A DNA stretch of 58,146 bases. It comes from Negaprion brevirostris. Its lineage: Eukaryota. Shown piece by piece: positions 1 to 12,417 of the stretch; the first letter of the stretch is position 1; each line of letters begins with the position of its first letter. The notes under the pieces were generated by a model. That model was given only the letters and a program-made list of their open reading frames with translations. It was not told the origin of the DNA and searched no databases. Location: the NCBI GenBank assembly GCA_030324005.1, contig JARDVH010000140.1:28929513-28987658 (forward strand), read 5' to 3'. The translations under genes were made by a program, and so were the position numbers.

Positions 1-32
1 GCAATGCTAACCACTGTACCACCATGCCACCC
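1..32 (-). mobile_element. 5' head of an HE1/V-SINE cut by the window edge
   Basis: Reverse complement of ggtggcatggtggtacagtggttagcattgc, the head shared by the other copies. Confidence 0.7.
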
Positions 33-94
33 CAAGACCAGAAATTCCCACCCGAGCTCAATGGACATTTAAATGGTCCATTGACTTTTGAAAT

Positions 95-447
95 TAGATT
101 TGCCAGAGTTGTTCAAGATCATGAAGGATCTGGACGGAGGTGATTGGGAGAAATTGTTCCTATTGACAGAAGGTTCAAGTGAATGTTCAAAGAGCCAAAG
201 TTGATATGAGAATAATGTTTACATGTAGTGTGTAGTTAGGACCTGGCATACAATGCCTGAAAGTGTGGTGGAGGCAGATTCAATCTTGGCTTTCAACTTG
301 GAATTGGATCAGCATCTGAAGAGAATCAAATGGCTACACTGCAGGGAGAGGGTAATAGAGTAATAGGAACTAGCTGAGTTGCTCTTGTAGAGAGCTTGCA
401 CTAATGACCTCTTCCTGCACTTTAGCCATTCAATAATTTAATGATTC
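95..447 (+). mobile_element. CR1-type LINE 3' fragment (decayed RT C-terminus and tail)
   Basis: ttcaagatcatgaagg...aaattgttcctatt...aatgcctgaaagtgtggtggaggcagattcaat; homologous to the copies at 21.5 kb and 45 kb. Confidence 0.7.
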
Positions 448-714
448 TGCGGGGAAAAGAAGAGTTTTTTTTACCCTGAAGTGGAATATGAGTGTCGCTG
501 GCTAGACCAGCATTTGCTACCTGTCTGTAATTGAAGTGCCAGTGAGCTGCCTGCTTAAATCGCTGCAGTCCATGTGGTATAGGTGCACTCAGTGCTGTTG
601 GGAGGGCAATTCCAGGGCATTAACCTAGCGACAGCTAAGTTTCTGGTCAGTGGTATTCCCCTGAATACCCTAATCAACTTGTGCCAGAAGTTATCCTGAC
701 ATGAAACTTACAAA

Positions 715-1060
715 TATACAATATTGAAAATGTCTACTCATAACATTTCCAAGTTCTTCATTAGAGCTTAATTGGGCAAAATTGACACCAAACTAGGGAA
801 AGGAACATTAGGAGAGATGGCTCAAGTGCTGGATAAGAGATAGACATTAAAGAGTATCTTAAAGGAGGAGATAGTTTTTGAAANNNNAGAGACTCGGGGA
901 AGAAACTTAGAAGCTTACTTGGAGGTGGGATGACTGAATGCATGATAGCCAATGATGGATCAAGTAGGTGAGAATACACAAGAGGCCAGAGCTGGAGGAG
1001 CACAGTCCTGAGAGAGTTTAGGAGACGGGAGTAGGTTACAGAGATGTGGAGACCCATCCC
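715..1060 (-). mobile_element. Decayed L2-like 3' end
   Basis: Reverse-complement similarity to the tails at 8640-8770 and 25100-25350 (tttggtgtcaaattttg / aaattgacaccaaa). Confidence 0.45.
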
Positions 1061-2015
1061 TACTCAACAGTATGATTAGATTATGCCTTTGTTTTTTTTA
1101 TCAAACACTGTCTATAATAGACCAGCTTCAGCTTGGGCCCTTTCTTCCCCCCACCCCTCACCTTCCCTCGCCTCAGAGTGCTAACTGGGGGTTATTGAAA
1201 ATGCACCCACACCAGGTCAAGCAGTCTTCAAGTGCCTCACCCAGTGTAAAAGAGCTTTCTGGTTACATAAACCTGGGAATTGCTGCAAGGGTTTACGCAC
1301 TTGAGACACCAGAACGGTTCAACAATAATGTTTTTGCAGCAACTGGAGCCCGAGGGCCAGTGCTGTGAATGGCATTGCTCAGTTTTCAGAAAGCCTGAGT
1401 GCAATTGTTGCACTGAAACACATAAACAGACTGCATTGATTTTTGTTACGTTCCCTTTAAGCACTGAGGTACAATAAACATATCAAAGGCCTTTCTGTGG
1501 CCATGGCGACAGATAGTAATACTGCAAAATACTTGGAAGGAAAGGCTGCCAAATTGGAAGCAGCATTTGTTCGGGGTAGAAGTTAACTGGATTGTAGGGA
1601 GAGGAGAAGTAGGGAAACAAAATTCTGATAATGATCCAGTCAGTTCTGTGAAAATAAAAATCAGTTGTTCCCAGAAAATAAGCCAGTTATACTCAACTGG
1701 AAGGCAGGTCTGGTACGAGGCTATGACGCATTTGCAAGGTTCAAATGATGACATGAACCATAAGAGCAATTGGAAGCAGTATATCAATGTCAGCAATACC
1801 TTATGAGGTGTTCCCGGGAACATAATTCTATTTTTTCTTTATAATGCGGAAAATAGGAAAGATTGATCAGAGGGAGTTTATTTTTAGATGTGATAAAGAT
1901 AACATTTTATTGACTCAAATGAAAAAAAACACACCTGCGTTTCACCATTTTGCTTTATAACGTAAAGCTTCGGTTTGTGCCCAATCAATGGCTAAGAGAT
2001 CAGATGAACAATCCA

Positions 2016-3004
2016 TGGACTGAATTTTCAGATCTGAGGAGTTGATGAGGAACCCACCCTATCCCCACTGGCTCCAGCTGGCCCAATGCCAATTCATGCT
2101 GGAACAAGCGTTGGTTGACAGAAGGCAGGTCTTCCGCCTGTCACCAGGCAGCATTTTAGAGAGTTGCTAGCCATTCTAACTCCAGGAACAGTGCTTCCGT
2201 GGCCCAGAAGAGGCACTGCAGCTGGCTGACTTGACAATTTGATTTGATTTATGATTGCCACATGTAGCGGGATACAATGAAAAGGATTGTTTCTTGGGTG
2301 CTGGACAGATGAAACATACTGTTCATGGAGTACGAAGGGAAAAGGAAAGGAGAGGGGGCAAAATGTAGTGCTGTAATTACAGTTAGGGTGAAGAGAAAGA
2401 TCAGCTTAATATAAAAGTCTTATGGCAACAGGGAAAAACTGCTTTTGAGAAAGTTTAAAAGAGCTGGAGTTCAATTTTGTGTGTAGAAAGATAGTAAAAG
2501 GTGGAATTAGAGGGTATGCTGGAGATAGCTCGCAAGAAGTCGCCTCGCCCTGGTGCCATTTTTTTTAACTCAGTGCTGGGAGCCAGAAGAAAGGTAATTG
2601 GTAAGGGTCCACGGGAGTGGTGATAGGCAGTGGTAGGGAAAATCAGGGGGTTTCAAGTGGGGGAAATCAGGGTGTCCAGGAATAGGTTAAGGACAACAAG
2701 GGAGGTCCCCATGTCTCCAGGCCTTAAAGAGAGGATGCCTGCCTCCAGTCAGAAGAGGATTTTTAACGGAAGTCCACTTGCTGCCCGAGATCAAATTTTG
2801 TTAAATTTTGTGTCCCCTCCCCCTCATCGCGGAACTATTATCTGACCATCAGGCTAAAAATTGGAGCTGGGCAGGGGTGGGCTCCCCATCTAAGGTCCTG
2901 CTTATCCCAACAAGTCAGGGTGGGCAGTATGCCAGAGGAAATCTCACCCATGCAGTTTCAGGCTCCTCCCATTGCGGGGTGGGGGGGGCTTAAAATTCCA
3001 CCCC
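2016..3004. mobile_element. Non-autonomous DNA-transposon-like element (GGGYGGAATTTT-type termini, PIF/Harbinger-like) with a nested LINE tail at ~2236-2450
   Basis: Ends ggactgaattttca ... ttaaaattccaccc. Similar termini recur at 20759-20888, 31476-31595, ~35053, ~44792, ~46890 and ~47655. Confidence 0.45.
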
Positions 3005-3627
3005 GTCTTGCATTATAAACAGGAAGACTTACTTCACGATACTTAAGACACAAGAAAGGGTGAAGAGGGTTAGAATTGCAAAGAAAGGCTGGAGTGGCTA
3101 GAGTTTAATTCTCTTCAATATTGAAGATTGAGGGGCATTTGACAGGCTGCTCAGAATGAGTGGCTCTATCAAAGAACAAAGGCCTCGAGTTCCCCACTAT
3201 GCCACTTTCAATGTTTGTTCAGAATCGGAACAACAATAAAGGACNNNNNNNNNNNNNNNNNNNNNNNNNNNNNNNNNNNNNNNNNNNNNNNNNNNNNNNN
3301 NNNNNNNNNNNNNNNNNNNNNNNNNNNNNNNNNNNNNNNNNNNNCTTAATTGTATAGCAGAGATTGAATCAAACAATTTAAAAGTTTAGCAAGAGAATTC
3401 CAGAGAGCGAGAGCATCATCACGAAAAGATGAGCCTCTAATAGCAAGGAGAAAGAATGTAAAAGCATTTCAGAGCCTGAGGAGACCAGGGTAAGCAAAGG
3501 GATGGATGTTTGTAGAAGATCCCCAAGTTGGGTGGCAATGTGTAATGCAATTCGATTCCAGGAATGTGCTGAAAATCAGGCCTCCTCATTAGTTGAAAAA
3601 TCAGACTATATTTTTCGATAATCTTTG

Positions 3628-3770
3628 CTTTGATTTATTGTTGTCACATGTATTAGTATAAACTGAAAAATATTGTTTCTTGCATACCGTTCATAGAGAA
3701 GGAAAAGAGAGAGTGCAGTATGTACTGTTTTAGTCATAGCCAAGATGTAGGGAAAGATCAGCTTAATCTG
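3628..3770 (-). mobile_element. Rex/Babar-L2-type LINE 3' tail
   Basis: ttgatttattgttgtcacatgtattag...cgttcatagagaaggaaaagagagagtgcag; same tail as 12418 and 53808. Confidence 0.7.
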
Positions 3771-3941
3771 GGCATGCTGAGGAATTTTTTCATTCCCTCC
3801 AACTGCCAACGCAGTGCTTTATTATTCCTCTGTCCTCCTCCAACCTTTCTCATCCAAAAGACAGCGCATTTTGATTTAATTATGATGTGGTGAGAAATCA
3901 GCTTTGTTGTCTCCTTATCTGTGGAAGGCTATAACTTCATT

Positions 3942-4130
3942 AGTGGCACAGTGGTCAGCACTGCTGCCATACAGCAACAGGAACTCTGGTTCACTTCTGG
4001 CCTTGGAGTTTGTATGTTCTCTCCATGTCTCTGTGGGTTTCCTCCAGATGCTCCAGTTTCCTCCCACAATCCAAAGACATGAGAGTTAGGTTGATTGCCC
4101 ATGCTAAATTGCTCCTTACTGTCAGGGGGG
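3942..4130 (+). mobile_element. HE1/V-SINE, 3'-truncated
   Basis: tRNA-like head gtggcacagtggtcagcactgctgcc plus the V-domain gggtttcctccagatgctccagtttcctcccaca. Confidence 0.85.
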
Positions 4131-4304
4131 TTGCTATTGAATTGTGTTTTACCAACAGCAGAGGGACTTTTGGGAAACATGAATTTGCCACTTAGGCGGA
4201 TTAACAAATTTAGTACTTTAATGGTACTTCAAAGCAACTTGTGTATGGTCCTGCTTTTTTCTTGTATTATTGTGCTAGTTTTTTTTCTCTTTCCATTCTT
4301 CCAG

Positions 4305-4392
4305 TTCTGACACGACACCTCTTCTCAATGGGTCGAGCCAAGACAGGATGTTTGAGACGATGGCTGTGGAAATAGAACAGCTGCTAGCCAAG
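4305..4392 (+). CDS. GOSR1: Internal coding exon of Golgi SNAP receptor complex member 1 (GS28), equivalent to human exon 3
   Basis: Polypyrimidine tract plus CAG acceptor (4301-4304). The 88-nt exon reads t-TCT GAC ACG ACA CCT... = SDTTPLLNGSSQDRMFETMAVEIEQLLAK, then AAG|GTGAAA donor. It differs by two residues from human GOSR1 SDTTPLLNGSSQDRMFETMAIEIEQLLAR as I recall it; phase 2/0. Confidence 0.97.
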
Positions 4393-4703
4393 GTGAAATT
4401 GAACCTTCAGTCAATTGTTGCTATAACGAAATTTTAAGAATAGTTCCGGTCTCTAGATCACTGTGATGCTAAGTTTTGATGGAATTACTTATTAGTACTG
4501 CTCCACCCTTCACAAACATCTCCTCAGCCAGAGCTTTATGTCTGTATCCTGTTTTATTGAACTCGCATCTACCTTTTTCTCATATCAATGTTCACTTTTC
4601 TCCCTTCGCCAGAAAAATCAATTACTTCAAAATTCTCATTCTCCTCGCATATAGAAATTGTTAGATGAAGAAAAATCAAAATCCATGCTGGTAATTGGCG
4701 GAC

Positions 4704-4850
4704 ATGATGTGGATATGCCGGCGTTGGACTGGGGTAAACACAGTAAAAAGTCTGACAACACCAGGTTTAAATCCAGCCGATTTATTTGACAGTGAGTTGA
4801 CTATCAAATAAATCGGTTGGACTTAAACCTGGTGTTGTCAGACTTTTTAC
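4704..4850. mobile_element. Palindromic Penelope-like non-autonomous element, internally deleted (no hammerhead left)
   Basis: Tail atgatgtggatatgccggcgttggactgggg followed by 51-nt inverted arms (4743-4793 / 4800-4850, 48/51 match). Flanked by a TSD-like pair taattggcggaca / taattgggggaca. Confidence 0.75.
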
Positions 4851-4961
4851 GATAATTGGGGGACACAACGTTAATGGAGCTGTCAGTGTTGATCATCCCT
4901 GCGTCTTAGTTCAACACCTCTCAGACTTGACTCAAATCTTTGAGACTTGACTACTGTGGGG

Positions 4962-4963
<2 letters not shown>

Positions 4964-5010
<47 letters not shown>
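4964..5010. repeat. (GT)n microsatellite
   Basis: Perfect GT run of ~23 units. Confidence 0.98.
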
Positions 5011-5012
<2 letters not shown>

Positions 5013-6104
5013 CTTATGTTCCCCATCCCACTCCACCACCATCATCACCCAACACTCTGAAAACTTTCCTAAGCTACTTTGCCTTATTTCATTCCTCCAA
5101 GTCTTCAAAAGTCTCCTCAAAACATATGCTCTGCTTTGCCTGTCTCTCTTAACTTTTCTCCTGCTTCTTCCTCAGCATTTTGTTTTCTCTATCCCGTTCC
5201 CTCCCCTTTACCAAGCACTTTGGAACATTTAGAGTACTATACAAGTGGATGTATTGTTTCTTCTGCAATGTTAGAAATGCTTAACAGCCCACTTTTTCTC
5301 ATTCATCTATTATTCCATATGTCTTTAGGCCTTGCATCTCTACCCGCTAACAGAAGTGCATAAATAATGATTTCTGACAGATTTGTGAAGTAACCTTGTA
5401 CAAAAGTTACAATATGTGACTTTACATATAGTTTTGTTTTGTTTTATTTTACTTTACTGCTATGTACAGTAAAATTTCAAGTCTTAAAATGAAAATCAAC
5501 AAGATGCCATGGAAATACGTCAATAGCTAAACGTTTGAGAGTGTTATTAGCAAAAGTACCTCAAAAATGATGATAATTAGCATGATCTGAAAGTTGTGAT
5601 TGTGAGTGGCATATGTATCGTTACAAAGTCTTAATTTGCTACTAGGGCTGATAATAACAACTAATGCACCTAAATGACACTGTAAGCTTTGCAGCTGTTT
5701 TCTTCCCCAGAGCTGCTGCAGCATTACAGCACTCCAAATGATCTAAACTCAGCTGTGTCACTGTGCACTGTTATGTTTCCCTTCTAATGCTCTCAAGGCA
5801 ACTCGTTATTATTCATTGTGTAAACATGAGATCCACATATTGTCCTTTGCCGTTTCTGATCGGCACTCAGTGCCTTATTTGGACTGCATGTATTGACACC
5901 ACTATTACTCACCTGACTGGAGATGACATCAACTACATTGGCATCTGCATTGCTGTTAAATGGCAGGGAATGATTTCAGACACGCACAGTTTAGATTATG
6001 TAACCACCCCTCCATATCCTGCACTTTGGGAAAAGTAATCAATTTCTATTATGTAAAATACCTACGACATATTTAGGGTAATGCATTATCAGCTTCTCTA
6101 ATTT

Positions 6105-6391
6105 AAAAGTTTAAAGTTTATTTATTAGTGTCACAAGTAGGCTTACATTAACACTGCAAGGAAGTTGCTGTGAAAATCCCCTAGTTGCCACACTCTGGCA
6201 CCTGTTCGGATATACTGAGATAGAATTTAGCATGGCTAATGCACCTAACCAGCATGTCTTTCAGATTTTGGGAGGAAACCCATGCAGACAGGGCAGGGCA
6301 TGCAGACTCCACGCTGACAGTGACCTCAGCCAGGAATCGAACCTGGGTCCTTTGCGTTCTGAGGCAGCAGTGCTAACCACTGTGCCGCCCC
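6105..6391 (-). mobile_element. HE1/V-SINE, tail type B (...cttgtgacactaataaataaac)
   Basis: Reverse-complement head at ~6360-6390 and tail at ~6105-6190. Confidence 0.88.
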
Positions 6392-7669
6392 ACTAAGGCC
6401 GCTCCAGAAAAGTTACCTTATTTCATCTGGATATTAGCATAGTGGATGTAACAAAGTTTCCCCCGAATTAGGGAATACAGCACCCCACTTTGGGAGAATG
6501 AGGATAATCCACGACGGCACATGTTTCCGTCTATTAGAAAGAAATGCATTTTGAAAACTAATGGCATTGGGAACGCTGATGATGACAGATGAGATTAATG
6601 TTCACACAATAACACGTGAATTAGTGATAGCAGAGATTAAACGCTGTCAAAATGCCAAGTGAACCAGTGATAGGAGAGATTAGAGGATGAATGGAAATGA
6701 AGATGGATCAATGGGTGGTTGCTCTGCTCTGCCTGAGCAATGAAGATGAAAATTACCCCTGAAATGATTTTTGCATTAAATTCCTTACCAATATTCAATG
6801 AGTGGGCTGACAAATGACTTGATCTTGAGCCCCTGTTGATACTCTTGTTTAAACAGTAATATTTGCAATGGCATCTGGGCACAGTGACCCACAAACTATT
6901 TTTATTTAAGTGTATTTGTACACTCTGACAGTGTGACAGAGGCATGTAAATGTCCATATAGAGAAGTGGGGGGAGCAGAAAGTTAACTACTACTTTATGA
7001 CACTGTACTTTGTGGCTTACAAATAGGCAGCAGCTCTTGACAAGAAGCCGCAGGAATATACAATTTGTGTCAGTCGTACTGTCAGCAAAGATAAGGCAGC
7101 TACATAATAGATTCCATAGCTAAACAAAGAGTGGATTGGAGAGTTCTGAGGCATCGTTCATTCCATCAATGAATTCATTTTAATTAAGGGAAAAAAGATG
7201 TATTTTCTTTCCACCTTCTGATATGTTTCACTAAGTTAACTTTGATGCGAAGAACGAAGGCTGCAATGTTTGTAAATCTGTCAAATGACTCTTGTATCTG
7301 TCTCTTTCTTCAGCTTCCAACCAGGAGAAGATCTGTAGAAAAGAAAGCTTAAAAGGCAACAAATGCCAAGAGATAAGCATCTCCTGCAGAGACATGAATC
7401 TCTACTGATGCAAACATTGCGAATCTTATTTGGTGCTTTGAAATCTTTTTTGGATTAATCTAATTTGATCTAATCCATGGCATTAAATGAATGTCATTGT
7501 CAAGAAACCTATATAGTGTATAAACATATGCCAGGCATCAGAGCAGCTGGGAAACTGGCAACCAACTCCCTGCTGCACTTGAGATGGCTGCTAGGATCAA
7601 CACAGCAGTTCTTATATATTTTCAGTGGACAAGCACAACCCTTTTGATTATTGTTCCCTTACATGATGT

Positions 7670-8004
7670 GTCATGGAATCCCTACAGTGTAAGGAGGCCA
7701 TTCAGCGCATCAAGTTTGCACCAACTCTCTGACAAGAGTATCTTGCCCTGGTCCTTTTCCCCACCCTATCCCAGTAACCTCCCTCTTTTACCATGGCTAA
7801 TCATCTAATCTACACACCTTGGAATATTAAGGGGAAAATTTAAGTCCACCTAACCTGCACATCTTTGGAGTGTGGGAGGAAGCTCAAGTAGACACAGGGA
7901 GAACGTGCAAACTCCAAGCTCCACACAGGCAGTCTCTCAACACTGGAATTAAACCCGGGTCCCTGGCGCTGTGAAGCAGCAGTGTTAGCCACTGTGCCAC
8001 CGTG
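7670..8004 (-). mobile_element. HE1/V-SINE, tail type A (...gtagggattctatga)
   Basis: Full head, V-domain and tail on the minus strand. Confidence 0.9.
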
Positions 8005-9226
8005 CAAGGTATCTGAATACCTTACACATAGGAATGAACATACATTTCTTTGCAAAGTCAAAATGATGCAGCTACTGGGAATCAGAAATAAAATTAAATC
8101 AGTGCGTCCTGCTTTGTACCGAAAGGTCACCATGCTATAAAGCTCCTTTAATCCTAGTGTCAACTGAGCCATTGGTGTTGTGGCAAGCAGGGCCAAGGCA
8201 TGTACAATATTTGCATCCAAAAAGGAATAGTTGAAGAAAGCATCAATTTCTCTTGCCACCGTTCACACATTCAGAGCTAACTGGAGGACAGGCCACTGGA
8301 GATTTTGTACAGAAAAGTAAACTTGGTTTGATAGATTTTATTCAGTAAAGTTATTAAGGGACAAAGAAGCAAGGCAGGCAAATGAAGATGCACAGGTCTA
8401 ATTGAATAGCGGAGCAGGCTCGAGGGGTTGCATTACCTAGCCTTGTTCCTCTGCTGCTGCTGTTGAAAATTGAGTCAAAGTAAATCGATTCAGTGGCACA
8501 CTAATGATCACATTTTTCACCTATGATTTCCACCAGATTTGCTGTCACAACAAAAGATTTTAATGCATTCATTTTAAAAAGGCAACTCGTGCAGACACCT
8601 GCCACTGTATTGTGAAAGCCTTGTTCTGCGTGCTAGCACTTTGCCACCTGCCCTACTATCCACCTACATGGTTTGGTGTCAAATTTTGTTTGCAAATGCT
8701 GCTGTGAAACATTTGCGGTGTTTTTTTTGCCACTTTAAAAGCACCATGTGAATAGAAGATGTTGTTGTACCTGAGAATACATTTCCTCATCATTGCTATT
8801 CTGCTAAAAATTGGAATACGTTTGTACTGAATTGTGGCCTGCAAGTTTTAAATGAATTTAGGCCTGTATTTAACAGCACAGATTGGGATTTGGTACATGT
8901 TCATCTAAATGGTTGCTCACACCAGTCAGAGAGCACACTGCCACAACAGAAGCTGCGTACTCTCCCCTTGCCAGCATTACCTCTTTAAGTTGCACTGTGT
9001 TTCCATTCACACAGCAAAGCCCCGCTTTTTGAGTGAACTAAGCTAGGGAGGCATTTTTTTGAATGAATTTTTTGTAGTTGGTTTCTTCAAAGTTACCTGT
9101 GTGGAGATTGGGATTATTGAATGTTTGCCTTGGTTGTTTCAGTGAAAGCTCCTCTGGTATTCAGTGTTCTATCTCAGATTTGGTGATAAGCTGGTAGACT
9201 GTTGGCAGGTTTGTGAGCGTGACCAA

Positions 9227-9271
9227 GTGAGAGGGCTTTCACTGACCATGACTCAGTGAAAGCCCTCTCAC
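9227..9271. repeat. Perfect 19-bp inverted repeat with a 7-nt loop
   Basis: gtgagagggctttcactga-ccatgac-tcagtgaaagccctctcac. Confidence 0.95.
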
Positions 9272-9525
9272 CTATGAGGCAGAAGGTTCTGGGTTTAAGC
9301 CTTATTGCAGAGGAGGGGAATGGACCCTAGGCTGATGTTTTACTACAGTGCTCAGGGAATGTTGCACTGCTGGAGGGGCTGTCTTTCAAATGAGGTATTA
9401 ACTGAGGCCCTTTGGGTTCTCAAAAAGACCCTGTGTCACCATATGAAGAAGAACAGAGAAACTTTCCAAGTGGCCTGGCCAATATTTATGCTTAATGCAG
9501 AAAAGCTGGTCATTGTTTCATTGTG

Positions 9526-10087
9526 GAAAGCAAAATACTGGGGGTGCTGGAATCTGAGACAAAAACAGAAAACGCTGGAAAATCTCAGCAGGTCTGACAG
9601 CATCTGGTAAGTGACCGTAGAGCCAACATTTTGAGAGAGAATAGAATTAGGGACGGCACAGTAGCACATTGATTAGCACTGCTGCCTCACAGCACCAGGG
9701 ACCCAGATTCAATTCCAGCTTTGGGTGACTGCCTGTTTGGAGTTTGCACATTTGCCCCATGTCTCCCTGGGTTTCCTCTGCGTGCTCTGTTTCCTCCCAC
9801 TCTCCAAAGATGTGCAGGTTAAGTTGATTGACCCACGGTAAATTGCCCCTTAGTGTAAGGGGAATTAGCAGGGTAAACACATGGGGAGAGGGCCTGAGTG
9901 AGATTGTTGGCGATGTAGGTTCGATGGGCTAATTGGCTTCCTTCTGCACTGTAGGAATTCTATCCTATGATTCTATAAGATCCACTTTTTTGAGAGGCTG
10001 TCCAGACTCTCAACATTGGCTCTATTCTCTCTCCACAGACGCTGTCAGACCTACTGAGTTTTTCCAGTACTTTCTGTTTTTGTCTCA
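9526..10087. mobile_element. Second palindromic Penelope-like family, interrupted by an HE1-type SINE
   Basis: Left arm tgagacaaaaacagaaaacgctggaaaatctcagcaggtctgacagcatctg is the near reverse complement of the right arm cagacgctgtcagacctactgagtttttccagtactttctgtttttgtctca. Confidence 0.65.
9649..9977 (+). mobile_element. HE1/V-SINE, tail type A, nested in the Penelope-like element
   Basis: Full head, V-domain and tail. Confidence 0.9.
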
Positions 10088-11099
10088 TCATTTTGTTGCT
10101 GTTTCTCGAGTCTTGCTGTGTGTAAACTGGTTGTCATGAATTCCTGTCTGTCTTTAATGACTTCAACATCACAATTATGAAGGATAATTTGAGATTGTGA
10201 CAAGTGAAAGCTGTTCCCTTGTCCATCTAATGACTCCTGACTGTAATTAATGTGTAACTGTTGTTTGAAGGGAAGGATTGGGATTAGCTGTGATGCTTCT
10301 GTGGTTGAGTGATCATGTCAATGTGCCAGCTCACAAATGAAGGATAAACAAGGCATTTTAGAGCAGGGAATGGCCAAGAAGTATCTGGAAAGCGATGGAG
10401 TACAGTAGGGAGAGGGAAAAGCAACTATACAAAACTGCAAAGGAACATATCTCACTGAAAGTGGAATCAATTATATTCAATTGGACAGTTATATGTGTAC
10501 AATGGTTGAAGTAATGATTCAGCAACAATAGGGTGATTTGAAATAACCTTACAAAATAATTTTCCTGCACCATTACTGGGCATCATTGGTAATCCTGATA
10601 TACATCAATTGTCTGATTTAAAAAAAAAGGGAAAAAATTGAACATCCAGATTGTCTGAAAAAAATTAGCAATAGAATTGTTGAAAATATTCGATGGATCC
10701 CCTTAACAGAAAAAAAAAGTTTCATATTTCAAGTGGAGGTCCTTTGTTAGACCTGATTATTACTGGTCAACAAAACCACTGATTATTACTTGGCAGCGAG
10801 CTACTTTAATGTGTACACATCAAATTGTTACCATAATAAAAGATGGATTTAAAACCCTCAGGCCATGAATCAGAACATTTTGCCTTTCATTAGTTTTATT
10901 ATTTGGACTAAGGTTCCTTGTGTTTACTTTGGCATAGGAGGTCCTTCTTAGAAAATTGAGTCCCATCACTTGTTGAAGGCTTACTGAGCAAACATGCTGC
11001 CGAGTATATTTGCTAGGCAAGTTCAAGGATAAAGCTGGAATGGTAAGCACGCTATGATTGACCACGATGGTCTTGAGTTATGGAGGCATAAACACCCAG

Positions 11100-11330
11100 T
11101 TCATGTATTGCTTAGATTGCAATAGATTGTGTGATCTAAGTATCTGGTGAGGACACACTTAGGCCTGGCTGGTTATCTCTGCAATTTAATTCCCTGCCAG
11201 CATTTGCAGTCTGAAGATCACACATGAAGAGCAGCCATTTTGGCAAGGTACCAAAGTGGCTGACATCGCTGGAACTGCGTCCTGGCAAAACCTAGCGCCT
11301 CTGGGAAAAGAGAGAGAGGAAGTTGGAGAA
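11100..11330 (+). mobile_element. Ancient SINE relic resembling AmnSINE2
   Basis: tcacacatgaagagcagccattttggcaaggtacc...ggaactgcgtcctggca matches the remembered AmnSINE2 3' body. Weaker copies at ~10270-10420 and ~31740-32060. Confidence 0.4.
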
Positions 11331-12417
11331 ATGCTCTGTCGTTTGTGACTTTGAGATGTTTCTCAGAATAGCCATTATTCCCTCCAGCTTATGATGTAAT
11401 CACCATCTGCACTGTCATTTAAATAGAAGACTACTTGGCAGTTAGTTTATGCCTCCTAGTTAAAATGGCAGCGCTGAATCTAATTCAGCATGCAAACACT
11501 TGCAGAGTGTATGACATGATGTATGAAATGCTTTCTTTGGCGTTCACTATTGATGCTCGAGCCTCATTCATCAGTCAGTCCAAATGCTCTGTTTAAAAGG
11601 GATGTCTTCACCACCAAACCGCACAACTACTGCCTGCTCAGCATTTCAAGGTACCTCGTGAGATTAGTATTCTCACGGCCATCATGTTGTGCTTTGCTGA
11701 CACTTGCATTGACTGCTGTGAGGCTGTCCTTATCAGTGCCTTATTTAAGGCTGGGAAGAATGACGCGAAGCAGTTTTGAACCTCAGCAGTGCAGAGCGGA
11801 GGCAATATGTTCTTGTCTTCCTCGTCAGGGAGATTCTTTTTCTTTTCAGATGAAGATGCGTGGGGAGGTGACAGACTGGAACGAGTTAGATTGGGTTTTA
11901 CTCAACTGTAAAAAGTGCACTTTCTATCGATGCTTCGGTGCAAATGATGACAGACAGAGGCAATGCCTTTCTAAGAAAGCGAAGGAGAGTAGCTGAGGGG
12001 AAGATTATTTCATAGGAATCTGCTCTTGATATTTCACAGACAGTTTTTTCCCCAAAAGAAATTAGAATTTTTCCCATAATTCAAATGAAGCTTTTTTGAA
12101 TTAAAACGGTGCAAAAGGCGTATTTCATTTTTAGCACAGTTGGCATTTGAATGACTAACAATTGGCGCATTTGTGGCGGCTGACCTTATCTTTTTGCATG
12201 ATGGCACCAAGGACAATAAGTAGAAGAGGAAGATGAGTGGTGAAAAATCCAGACGTAAGCAGCCAATTGCTGGGGACTCTCTGGCTATGATGTGGGTAGG
12301 TGAGTGTGGAATCAGCAGAGGGCAGTTCCACTGAGCTGGAGATGAGGCATTGGAAGAGATTGGCCAGGCTGACTTTGTCAAAGGCTTAAGACAGGTGAAG
12401 GAGGAGAATGGCCAGGA

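Larger units (their letters stand above)
9250..10140 (+). mobile_element. Old DeuSINE/SacSINE1-like SINE split by the 9526-10087 insertion
   Basis: Head ctcagtgaaagccctctcacctatgaggcagaaggttctgggtt and body cagtgctcagggaatgttgcactgctggagg...ggcctggccaatatttat. It resumes after 10087 with ttgctgtttctcgagtcttgctgtgtgtaaactgg. Confidence 0.6.

Noticed and set aside
1503-1586. Strong-Kozak small ORF MATDSNTAKYLEGKAAKLEAAFVRGRS
   Set aside because: Only 27 codons, intronic position, and no promoter or homology support.
11523-11996. 157-aa ORF with an internal acceptor at 11849 (tcttttcttttcAG|ATGAAG)
   Set aside because: No recognisable domain and no convincing donor or partner exon; cannot be supported as coding.
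12312-12325. CTCF-like motif TCAGCAGAGGGCAG (weaker one at ~57347)
   Set aside because: Single imperfect matches are expected by chance in 58 kb, and the first lies in probable decayed repeat.
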